The notes under the pieces were generated by a model that saw only the letters and a list, made by a program, of their open reading frames with translations, did not search any database and was not told the DNA's origin. From the NCBI GenBank assembly GCA_951804945.1, contig OX638150.1:58776001-58840000 (forward strand): 64,000 bases of DNA. Direction: 5' to 3'. A program made the position numbers and the translations under genes. Position 1 is the first letter of the stretch. Each line of letters opens with the position of its first letter. This stretch comes from Podarcis cretensis (taxonomy: Eukaryota). Of this stretch, positions 1 through 11,395 are shown piece by piece.

Positions 1-756
1 GCAATTCATTATCAGAACACTTCAAAAGTAGAAAAATGTGTATTTAATGGGAAACTGTTGATCCTCTTGCCATGGGACTAATATGAGCATGCCAAACCAC
101 CACACCTCTACCACATAACATCATTATGAAGACATGGTTGATGAGAGTCCAAAGAAAGAGAATTCTCAATGGGATGATTGGAGCCTCACCCTTGCCTGAT
201 GCTAATCTCAGCGGAGAGATTGCATTGGCAATGCAAAGTGGGATCCTTTTTTAATAGTGTTTTGTAGTACTGCCCTGGGGGTAGAAATACTGAAGGACAG
301 GATATATAAATATAATTATAAACCAACCAACCAAATAAATAAATAAACGGAGAAGTTCTATTTGTAAGTTTTGAATTTATGACTACTTATTTTAGACTGT
401 TTTGACACATTTCATTGCCTTTTGCTGTCTATGAAAAACACCACAGTTGACAACCTTCTTGCTGGCATTGTTCCTGTACCTGTATTTTTGCCCTAAAGCA
501 GGACTGGCAGAAATTAAGCATTTGACACTTTCCTCCGAACATAGATCTGATGGGAAGCATCACCTGTTCTATTTCTACCTGTTATACAGTTTTTAGGTGC
601 AGCAGTCCTTCCTCTTAAAAAAGTTGGCAATTAGTAAACATCCATCAAGCAGTATTTATATCCATCATAAATCATTTCGCATAAGGAGGGCTATAAATAG
701 ATAGCTTCCATTCCATAGTGGTTGAACCACGGCTTTCCCAGGCCTGTTTTTATGTA

Positions 757-1176
757 GCAGGTCCCCGCTATCAGAATGCTCATTATCCAAAATCTCAGTT
801 ATCCAAACACAAAGAATTATACCCAAACCTCGCTACACAAATGGCTGATTCAGATATCTGAACAGCCGAGAGTTTGCCCACTTTCTTACTTGTTTGTGTT
901 TTGCTGGTTGGCGGCAGCCATTTTAAGCAGAAAGCATGGAGGGAGGACGAGAGATCGGACAAATTGGAGAGCTGGAGAGATCAGACACAGCCTCCCCCCC
1001 TTGTTTGACTTCTTCTGATTGGTTACAGCAGTTTCAGTCAGAAAGCAGGGAGGGAGGAAGAACCAACAAATCACCAATTAGATATGTCCCCATAGGAAAT
1101 AATGAAAGCCATCAACTTGTTATGCAAACACTCGCTTAACGAACAATTTCCTGGGATATTGAAAAGCAGGACCTGC
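757..1176. mobile_element. Old Tigger/pogo-like DNA transposon remnant
   Basis: Degenerate inverted ends gcaggtccccgct / agcaggacctgc and an internal direct repeat (cagaaagca..ggagggagga). Confidence 0.35.
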
Positions 1177-2132
1177 GTGTGCTTTTGAATTCGTTGTGTT
1201 AGTCTAATTACATAGTCCCTTAGCACTGTGTCTGGGATTGCTATAGTGATTCCAGCTCTCTTTCAAGGGGCTGCTTGCATATTACATTTCCCCTGCTGCT
1301 CTAGAGTGAAAAGCACTGAACTGTCTAGAAATGATGCTGGCTCTGCATTTTCTCTTTCTTTTATGCCTGTGACATAAGTGAAGAACAAGATACTTGATGG
1401 CCAAGAGTCAAAAGCCAGTAGTTCCACTCAGTAGTTTTTGGGTTTTTTTAAAAGAAAACTTTATGAATAGCAATAACTTTATATGATGCTGAGGAAGATA
1501 AATGGAGCATAAATGGAAAAAGAACTTTACCCTCAGGCCTCGTCGTTTAGCGATTCATAAGCCATTAATCGCCTCATACCCATCAAGTACATTTGTCACT
1601 TGAATAGGCTCCGGGGTACTTGTGAGTGGAGCTTGGCAAACTAATTACAGTGCTAATGTAATTACACATAAATGGAATGCAAGTGTATGTGTGTAAGAGA
1701 CAAGAGAAGGAGATTGGCCGTATAACCAACGAGCATTCCCGTTCATGCAGGCATCACATATAATTCTTCCTTACTGTTTAAAAGCCCCAGTGGAGCTCCA
1801 GTCTTCTGCTCACCTTCAGAACTAAGCGAAGCCAGCCAGGAGATGGAAGAGGTTTTTCAGCAACTCTGTCCCATTTCTTGTGGGTTCAGCTGGCGGTATC
1901 ACTAACAATGAAAAATTTACAGTCTTCACTGGCCAGAGGGAAAAGGCTGTAACAGAAGGCGTAGGGTAAGGATACAGTTGCAGGCATAAGAAGTTTGTTT
2001 CCACTTTGAATTAAATAGGCACTCTCTCAGTGCTTTTGTCAACTCTGGCTTGGTGTTACATTACTTTTGAAAACCCTCTCTGTACCTTCTTCACCTTTGT
2101 CCTGCTTTATGAAAGAAGAACACTTCGGACCC

Positions 2133-3449
2133 AATGCTAAGCCATAGTTTGTTTAAACCACGGTTTGTGAAGAAGTAGGGTTCCACTCACAGACAAACAA
2201 AGGAACAGTGGTTTATTTCATTTGAGGTTGGTTTCTTGTCCCCCTGCCTCTTTTTAGCATTTCAGGCCTGGCTTCTGTTACGAGTTTTTATTGGGAGTAG
2301 TGACTTTCTTATTTCTTTTTATACAAGTGTTCATCTTCCTGTTTAACTGGTGAGCTGAACGATGCAACCTCTGTAGGCCTACTTCTTCAGAGAGGTGGCT
2401 AAATACTACTAGATTATAGTACATTCTCTGGAATTCCATTTGCACCTCCTGTCTATTCCACAGGTTGACAAAGATCCTTACCTCTTCCTTGTTCCAGTCT
2501 TTGACTGCATGCATGTGGGGTGCCAATTGCTGTGAAATCCTTGTATCCTTAGCAGCAGCAGAGGGAGTCTATGAGAGAAAGTCTTGTCTGCCGTAGCTGT
2601 GGCAGTGACCTCTCTGTGTGTTTTAGGTCCCAAGAATACCAATTTAGATTACATATATTAAGAAGTTTATTCACCTTCCAAGGAAACATGAAGAAGTACC
2701 AGGTGTGTGTGTATGGGTTTTTTATTGTCCTTTACTGGACAGTACCTGTCACATGCTCTTCATAGCCTTGATACGTAGGTCCAGCATGACTGCCTCAAGG
2801 GAGCATGCATGCTTGGGTCCATGGAAATGGCTTTCTGGAGTCACTCTTCGGTCAACAATGTACTAAGTACAGAGGATTCACAAATGTGGCTTTCCCAGAA
2901 GCAGAGCTGCAAAAAGCACTTGAGTGTGGAGGAGCAAAGGTTGGCGTTGTCTGCTTCCTTCGTGTAGGTTTTTGCATTGGTTTTTAAAATTGGATAAGTT
3001 GCTAAGAGCAAAATTATGCTTTTATTATGCGTTCCTGGATAGATGTTAGGAAAATGGCCCAACGTTTTTCTCAGGTTTTTTCTTCCCACAAGCGTGCTGC
3101 AGAGCTAGGCTGGAGAGAGAGGGCTAGTCAGCAAGGAGGTTTGTGGAGGAAGAAGCCTGCTGTCAGGTAGAGTGAGGACAAGGTGCAGAAAACGTTGCCC
3201 TGTACCTCTGTAACCATGCAAAGTGAATGGCTGGGATGGAGATTTGGGGGGAAAACTAGGATGAAGTCAAGATAGTCTGATCAGATATGACACCACACCA
3301 TGGTTAATGCAAGTCAGGATTGCCATGGTTTCAGATTATGGTTTGTTGGCTCCTAATAAACCATACAAACCATAGCTAATTCGTTGGGAAGTGAGTTGAG
3401 ATGTGGAAATAAAACCACAGTTAAGCTAAACAAACCATGGCTTAGCATT
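2133..3449 (-). mobile_element. Decayed PIF/Harbinger-like DNA transposon
   Basis: 23-bp inverted repeat (22/23 identical): aatgctaagccatagtttgttta at 2133-2155 and taaacaaaccatggcttagcatt at 3427-3449. It encloses a Myb/SANT-like ORF. Confidence 0.55.
2278..2526 (-). pseudogene. Myb/SANT-like (trihelix, Myb_DNA-bind_4-type) DNA-binding domain remnant
   Basis: WNKEEVRIFVNLW...VQMEFQ...NLVVFSHLSEEV...HRSAHQLNRKM..IKRNKKV fits the WxxEExxxLxxLW..N..VF..IS..RSxxQxxxK pattern. No ATG start, and the frame stops right after the domain. Confidence 0.65.
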
Positions 3450-6307
3450 AACTTGAAACATAGATTCATAGCAAAGGCACTGCCATAATTGCTGTTCTAT
3501 ACTGGCTCTACCTCAGATTTAATGTATGGGCATTAAGAAAAATGTGGTCACTTACGGTAGACTATTTGTTGTCCTCCACCTTAGTTTACCTGTTAGACTG
3601 CATAAAAGAAAAAAGAAAAGAAAAGGCAGGAATCATGCAAACTAGGGCTTCCAAATATTGAAACTTGTTTGGTTGACTGGCTTTGAATTACTTAACAGTT
3701 GGTTGACATAGAAATAATTGGTTTACACTGAAATAAATACAAGTTTTTTCTCAGCACAGGTGTCATTTAGGTTATTTGTAGAATGGAAGTGCTGATTTCT
3801 CATTTAATAGCACAGCAGAATAATTTGTTTAGACAGACCTTGCTTCAACTTGAATGGATTGTTCAGTTAATGTTTTCAGTCCTATGAAATAATACTTCCA
3901 ATAATATATAAACAAAGAATCCTCAAGCTAGCTAGCTTTGTCACATCTGGACTGCAATACACACTTCAGGTTCTGTAGCAGTGAACAACAAGTAGAAAGG
4001 CACTTGTTTCCCAAAACATAACTGGATCCTGAAATGGTTGATGAACTGACTTGTTCTCCTCCAGCTCATGGAAAGCATTCCAGTAGCTTCAGGGCTAGGG
4101 TCCTCCTCCCCCCATTTTCCAGAGGCACGGCCCTTCAACTTTTGTTGATCCAGAAGGGGATAGATCTCCCTCCGTGTTCCCATGTCAGAGCTGCCTAATG
4201 TCAGAAATATAGTCTTGCCAGAGCTCCAGAGAAATTTGACAGTCCTCCCCAAAAGGATAGCTTTGATCTTTTACCTAGCCTGTCATGAATTAGGCAGGGC
4301 AAGTGCAAGTGAAATGGAACATTAGTCCATTCGGTACCTCTTTGCTCCCTCTCACAACTGGGTGGTGGGAGTGCACAACAGTGTCTGCAGGTTCTGTGGG
4401 TGGAATGAGCATCTGGGGGCAGAAAGGTAAGGATAGGAAAGGGATTGCAGCCTACACACCAGAGGTATTTTGGTGCAGAACACTCCGTTTTCTCTTCTCA
4501 CTGCCATCCCCCCACATCACTGCTCAGCAATGGCATGATATAAGCTCTGCTCCTTTGGTGGGGGGGGAGCAGCCTGATCAAAGGGGCCTTCCCCAGCCAT
4601 TCCTTACCCTGGTCTTCACTCAAACAAGAAGGGAGAAGGGAATAGAAGCAGCTCCCCAGGAAGAGGCAGCGAGAGAGAGGCACCACAAGAGCTACAACAG
4701 GTTTTCTAGCATTGTGATCCTACTCAGTCCTCAGAGAAAAGGCATGTGTCATGGTCAGAAACCTTCCAGGATTTGATTATCTAAATGCACATAGCCTCTC
4801 CTTCCTTGACTCAGGATCTCGATTAGTGAAAAGGCTTACCATTTTAAAGGGTGCTGATATGCATACTCAAGCTCTCGCTGGACAATGCTTCTTTATACTG
4901 CCATCTTCAGTATAAGCCAGTAGCTATAAAACCCCTCTCAAAAAGTTGTCTGTGTGTACTGTGCCATGAAGCAGTATATACTAAGGCTGTGTACCAGCCA
5001 CAAGATTCAACCTGTACCTGTAGCTTTGGGAAGCAACCCATCTGTTTTAGCAACTTTTATGTCTTTTCAGCTCAACACATTATTTGAGACCAGATAGATC
5101 TGTTAGAAAAACGAATCTGTTGCTTTCTTTCCATTCACTACAATGGGGAATATAAACAGGGATATAACTTTTTTAGTTTTACAGAGGTGCATGAAGATTG
5201 CAGACATAAGAGCCTCTCCAGAATGGATTAAGCCAGCAAAATTGTAGGCAACTGATTATTATTATTTATTTTTTTAATGGGGTTTCTGTTCCCCATAACA
5301 TATTTTTGCAGATACAGAAAGAGAGAGCTTTCTATCAACTATGCTTCACTTTTCCTTTTTTCTTTTTTTTAAAAGGCCACCCAGGTCTACCTGGGACTTT
5401 AGGAAGTTCCTGATCCATTACTTTGTTAATGGCACAATCCAACTCCAAACTATGAAAATCTCACCCAAATCACCCCTATTTGCCTTATAATTTGGGAAGT
5501 ACACAGAGTCAATGTGTGCTTCCTATTATATATCAAATTTAGATTCTGAAAGCATCCTTTAGTCATCCATGAGGTTTGCCAACAGCAAAACTGGTACTGT
5601 TAGGTTTCTCTGCATGTTCTAGCGTAACTATTCTAGCATTTGAAAGCCCTAGTAGGGAATTGTGTTGTCTGGCTGGCTGAATCCCAGACTGACATAGACA
5701 TGCAAGATGCCAATCCAGATCCGTGCCTAAACTTGTCAGGCCAAGGAAAACAGCATGAAAATGGATGGCTCTTTGAGACGCTCTTTATGTTGCCCAGGTG
5801 TCCAAGCACATTGCAGATCTGCATGTTTTCTGAGCCAATTACTCCCTGCCAAAATCCAGATAGTGGTATCTGAATAAATTGTTCAAATCGCATACACCTT
5901 ATTCTCTCTACAATGTTTAACTGTCCCTTCTCCCTCTCTCTTTTAATATTGTGCCTATCCTTGGTCTTCTGCACAGCTGTTAACACAAAACTGCTCAGAT
6001 TTCTGCATTATTTTTCATAATTTATTCTGTGTACAACCTTAAGTTTTTCAAAGAATTTAGTGTGCTTGACAAGAGGTGGGGAAACAGAAATGAGTAAAGA
6101 GAGAGAAAGGACTGGATACTGAGACCTAAACGCTTGTGAAGGGGTGTGTACTGGGAATAGCTACAGGGCAAAGAGAAAAGAGAACCAAAGTCCCAGCTCT
6201 CAATCACTGGCAGTGCTTCACCCAATGCTACAAAAAAAAAACAGCTTCTTTCTACTTAATAGCTTTAACTAGGAAGTAACTACTTGTACCATAATCATAC
6301 CCTAGAT

Positions 6308-6534
6308 CAGTAGCTCCCAACCTTTTTTGGCCATGCCCCACCTAAGCATCTCTAAAATCCTGAAGCCCTCCCTCTGTGAGATATAATTCTTATTATTTAA
6401 AAATGAAGTCCTATTCACGTGGAAGAAGCCTAAAATGAGTTATTAACTATTAATAACTCATTCTCGAATTCCCACCCCCTTAAAAATCAAATTGCCCCCC
6501 CTGTGGGGCGTGTACCCCACATTGAGAACCATGG
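6308..6534. mobile_element. hAT (Charlie-like) non-autonomous element, degenerate
   Basis: Ends cagtagctcccaac / attgagaaccatgg; 8-bp TSD-like flanks ccctagat / tcctagac. Confidence 0.6.
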
Positions 6535-6666
6535 TCCTAGACCCAAGCCCGGGAGGGGGTGACATTTCAGGGTCAGGACATCCTGGACTGCAGGCCCATT
6601 ACCATGAAGAAGAATAAAAGAGGCTAAATTGCCAGACTTAATTATCTGTAACTATATGGGGTATCT

Positions 6667-6992
6667 GGACACGGGGCTTGCCGATCAGAAGGTCAGCAGT
6701 TCGAATCCCTGCGACGGGGTGAGCTCCCGTTGCTCGGTCCCAGCTCCTGCCAACCTAGCAATTCGAAAGCACATCAAAGTGCAAGTAAATAAATAGGTAC
6801 CTCTCAGGCGGGAAGGTAAACGGCGTTTTCGTGCGCTGCTTTGGTTTCTCCAGAAGCGGCTTAGTCATGCTGGCCACATGACCTGGAAGCTGTACGCCGG
6901 CTCCCTCGGCCAGTTAAGCGAGATGAGCGCCGCAACCCCAGAGACATTCGCGAGTGGACCTAACAGTCAGGGGTCCCTTTACCTTTACCTTT
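6667..6992 (+). mobile_element. Sauria SINE with internal deletion in the tRNA-derived head
   Basis: Body matches the other copies; (ACCTTT)n tail; 14-bp TSD tatatggggtatct (6653-6666 / 6993-7006). Confidence 0.9.
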
Positions 6993-7812
6993 TATATGGG
7001 GTATCTACTAAAGGTGCACCATATATATCCATTACCCCCTGCACACTTTTACAGGGCCATGCATACCCTGAAAAAAAATTGGGGTGGGTGGGGATATTTG
7101 GAGACCTGGGGAGGAAATGGCAAAATTCTTACACCTTTTTAGGCTCTCTTTTAGGTTGCTGGCTCTGTAGAGCAAACACACAAACAAACAAACAAACAAA
7201 ACATGCTTATAGATGAAATTCTAGAATTTGTGGTTTGAGACACAAGAGAGTCCCGTGCCACTCTGTGTGACATGCTGTCTCAAGAGCGACAAGCCCCAAA
7301 GAGTTCCTGCTGGCATTTCCTAGTCTGAGGCACCAACAGGGTCTGGCAGCAGGAGGGTGGAACAAGCACTGCAATAATCAAGGGCATTAACATCATAGGG
7401 AAAGTGGGAGTCCATGTTGCCAATAGGATTTATGAGCCCCAGGACATATGTGGCTTCCAAATCCTGGCTTGCTTGGAAGCCGTTGACCTTAGTTTCAGAG
7501 ACATACATAGGGTCCCTTGCATCAAACTGATACAGCACCCACCCACCCACCGAAAAATATCACTTTACTGCACACTTTTGTGCCATGGTGCAGGAAGGAG
7601 TGGAAGCTTCTCCTGCATTTAAATTCACTGTGACAGGGGTGGCATGCCGCCACACACACACACACACACATTGTACACTCCATTATCTGAGAGGTGATTT
7701 ATTCCCCCTGCCTAGGCCTGTGCCCCCCAGCGGGGGCCAGTTTCACAAACCCCCGGGTACATCTCTGCTTAGTTTCCAGTTCACATATGGCAGTATGGCT
7801 ATGGTAAACTTC

Positions 7813-8165
7813 GGGACGCGGGTGGCGCTGTGGGTTAAACCACAGAGCCTAGAACTTGCCAATCAGAAGGTCGGCGCTTCAAATCCCCGTGACGGGGTGA
7901 GCTCCCGTTGCTCGGTCCCTGCTCCTGCCAACCTAGCACTTCGAAAGCACGTCAAAGTGCAAGTAGATAAATAGGTACCACTCCAGTGGGAAGGTAAACG
8001 GTGTTTCCGTGCGCTGCTCTGGTTCGCTCGAAGCGGCTTAGTCATTCTGGCCACATGACCTGGAAGCTGTCTGCGGACAAACGCCGGCTCCCTCGGCCAA
8101 TAAAGCAACCCCAGAGTTGGTCACGACTGGACCTAATGGTCAGGGGTCCCTTTACCCTTTACCTT
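7813..8165 (+). mobile_element. Sauria SINE, full-length
   Basis: GGGACGCGGGTGGCGCTGTGGG head with A/B-box-like motifs; ACCTTT tail; 13-bp TSD tatggtaaacttc (7800-7812 / 8166-8178). Confidence 0.92.
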
Positions 8166-8965
8166 TATGGTAAACTTCACTTCCTACTTTGTTTTGCCCA
8201 CTCACATGAAGGAAGGAGTGAAGCAGCAGCAAGGGGGTTCTGTGTACTTTCATGAAGTTCATGCACATCTGGGTTTATTAAGGCAGGATTTCCATTCATT
8301 CATTCAAAACATGTACCTCCTGCTCTGCAACTGGAAAAGCTCCCAATTAAACAACTAGCAAACCAGGCTTTCAATACATGACGAAAAGAAAAGGGGATGG
8401 GAAGCGAAGAGGAACAGAAGCTCAACCTATTATTCTGTAGCTACCCCTTTTGCAGTCTGGATCCAACCTTTACACTATCTTGCAGTTGTTACTTTTCTGC
8501 CTGTATTAAGAGAAACCTTTTATTCCTCCCCTCTTTTGATCCTCACATTCAGTTCATCACATCATTGTCCCAGGGGTCATGGCCAGAGGCCAGAGATCAA
8601 CAGGAAGCTCCTTGGATAGGAGCACCTGCAGAAGAGCCTTTGAAGATAGCTTACATTGATTGGTCAGATGTAACCAGTGTATTTGGTCTCAAGGGGAGTG
8701 CATAGAAGAATGGATCTGAGTGATGGGGAGCAATGTCTAAAGGGCATTTGTTATTTGCGTAAAATTAATATGTATGCTTTTCATATTCTCATGTCTGGCA
8801 GTCGTGCAGCCAGAAACATAAGAAACTTAAACAAAGGGACCTAAAAAGCCCAAAGGACACCAATCAATGCTCTAATATTTCAAAATAGGAAAAAGGGAAA
8901 CAGATCTGTGTTACAACTTTGTATTGGGTGCAGAGGAAAAATTATTGGGCCCTGAATATGCGCTA

Positions 8966-9343
8966 AGGTAAAGGTAAAGGTACCCCTGCCCGTACGGGCC
9001 AGTCTTGACAGACTCTGGGGTTGTGCGCCCATCTCACTTAAGAGGCCAGGGGCCAGCGCTGTCCGGAGACACTTCCGGGTCACGTGGCCAGCGTGACATC
9101 GCTGCTCTGGCGAGCCAGAGCCGCACACGGAAACGCCGTTTACCTTCCCGCTGGTAAACGGTCCCTATTTATCTACTTGCACCCGGAGGTGCTTTCGAAC
9201 TGCTAGGTTGGCAGGCGCTGGGACCGAGCAGCGGGAGTGCACCCGCCGCAGGGATTCGAACCGCCGACCTTTCGATCGGCAAGTCCTAGGCGCTGAGGCT
9301 TTAACCCACAGCGCCACCTGCGTCCCTGCGCCACCTGCGTCCC
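8966..9343 (-). mobile_element. Sauria SINE, second subfamily, full-length
   Basis: (AAAGGT)n tail on +, head ...gcgccacctgcgtccc; TSD tgcgcta (8959-8965 / 9344-9350); CpG-rich, so probably young. Confidence 0.92.
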
Positions 9344-11183
9344 TGCGCTACAGGAGTGTAAATTGTGATTAGCCAATTGTGTTTACACTACTGATTTTGC
9401 ACTGAATGCAATGTGTGCATATGGCAGATAAATCACAGCATCATTCTGTACCATGAACATATGGTGTGAACCATAACTGAAAATCACTTTTATGATCCTG
9501 CTTATGAATAAGATAATCTGTATCACTCTACAAATGTAGTTAGGTGGTGGTAATTGTGTACTTTTGATTTAATTGTGGTCATCTAACCTGTTTTCTTTTA
9601 CATATTCATCATTTATTTATTGATTTAGATTTCAGTTGGGGAAATATGATGCAAATACCCTTAGCAAAATAAAATGTGTAGCAGCAAGAGTGTCTTGCAA
9701 ATATAGCACTTCTCAAAGTACCCCTCTGAGACACCCTGCTTATTCAGTGTTTTTAAAGGTAAGAGCTATGGTGCTCTAGTTAGCCTCATTGTACATGCTC
9801 AATGCCAGACTGTTCCATTGAACAGTGGGGCTGCATTCCTATTGGCTTTGGGAAAGTGTTGGAATGAAGAAAAAAAAACCTCAAAGAAGAAGTTGGGTGA
9901 GAATGAAGGCTTGGTGAAATTTTAACATTTTAGATTTTCCTGCTTTAGTTGCTAGTTTTTATTTATTTATTTGTATCTTTTTAAAAACTGTATGTCATTT
10001 CTCTCCCATTATCAATATCTTAGCTAATTAACAAAATATCAATAAAATGTCCAAAGAACGATTATTAAAAAACAAATCATCATGTGACTAAGGTAGCAGC
10101 CAGAAATTACTTTTGCTAACAAGACATGTTTGGTATAATTTCAAAGTAAAGATTCCTGCTGTGGATCAGCCACTGACAGGATCACATTACTAGCTATTGT
10201 TACTGAGAAATCTGGTATAATGAGAATAAAAAGCAAAGTAAGACATACAAAAAGTAAGCAGACCACCCCATTTTAGCATATCAGCTGACTAGGGAAAACA
10301 AAGAACCACTACCGCAAAAGGGGTAGATTTTAAGAGTGCAAGAAAAAATATATTTATAAAATACAGTTAACATAAATACAAAAAAATACAAAACAAATTA
10401 ATTTTTCACTTTTTGTAGAGTTTGTGAATGCCCCCTCCCCTTTAAATTTTGTGCAGGGTGTGTAAAGCAAACTAATAAACACATTGTGAGCAGTTGCCAT
10501 TACTGTTAAAGTGGATCAGTTTTCACAAGCTTATTTGCATCAAAGCATTCTTTTTAAAAGTTCAAACAACAGAGAACATCCTTGCAAGACATAAATGTTG
10601 ATACTGCCAAAGCAAATTATTGGCACTGGTTTGGCTGATCTCATCCCTCTTTACTACCCACTGTTTGCCACTTTAATGGACACATCCTTTTGTTACTAAC
10701 TGTGACACATAAACTCAGCCATCAGAACCAAAAGCAGCTTTCTGAACAAGACCTTGTTTTACCAATCCATTTGTCTATTCAACACTATAAAGTGTTTCTT
10801 TTATGTACAATGGCCTTGTGAAAATACCCTTTATAGGTAGTTACTTATGTAGCTCAGGTACAATGGCAGGTACTCCAGGGAGTTGCTTCCAGGGCTTAAA
10901 AGCAAGACTGGTTAACAGAACAGTCATAGTCCACAAAGGGAGCAGGATTGTTGTTTCTTTAAGTAGGCACCAATTATAGTCAAGGGAGGCAAGCATTCTT
11001 TTCTATGCCCAGCTTTGGCACATACTTCAATTGGGCTAAGGTGATGAGGCTCTGTCAACAATGTGCTCCTTTTGCGTCGGTTGTGCTGCAGTTAAACATA
11101 ACACCCACCCTTTCTCACTGCGACAAAGTTTGAGAACCCTTGACATTAAAGTAATTTGAGCGTTGTTGTTTTTGGTCTTTTAG

Positions 11184-11395
11184 AAAAGCCAGAAATGGAC
11201 GAATTCACCTTGGAAAGAGTACTGGAGGAGCTGGAGACGCTGTGCTATGAGAACATGAACGTTGCCATCGAGACAGAAGAAGGTCTCGGCATAGAGTACG
11301 ATGAGGATGTTGTGTGTGACGTGTGCCGCTCACCAGAAGGAGAGGATGGCAACGAGATGGTTTTCTGTGACAAATGCAACGTCTGTGTTCACCAG
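11184..11395 (+). CDS. JADE2: JADE2 internal coding exon (end of EPC-N-like region and start of PHD1)
   Basis: ttttag|AA acceptor and CAG|gtgag donor; 212 nt, phase 1 to 0. Encodes (E)[70 protein letters not shown], matching my recollection of JADE2. Confidence 0.96.

Noticed and set aside
4303-4776. 157-aa + strand ORF
   Set aside because: Non-ATG start, no recognisable domain and no convincing splice context.
7813-7890. tRNA gene
   Set aside because: The A/B-box-like motifs belong to the tRNA-derived SINE head; no complete cloverleaf.
6878-9128. Recurrent similar ORFs (also at 30030, 56621 and 57231)
   Set aside because: They are translations of Sauria SINE copies, not a gene family.
1-11183. 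Preceding JADE2 exon (expected RYDLD...WLE...KEM-type peptide)
   Set aside because: Not found by eye; it presumably lies upstream of the window.
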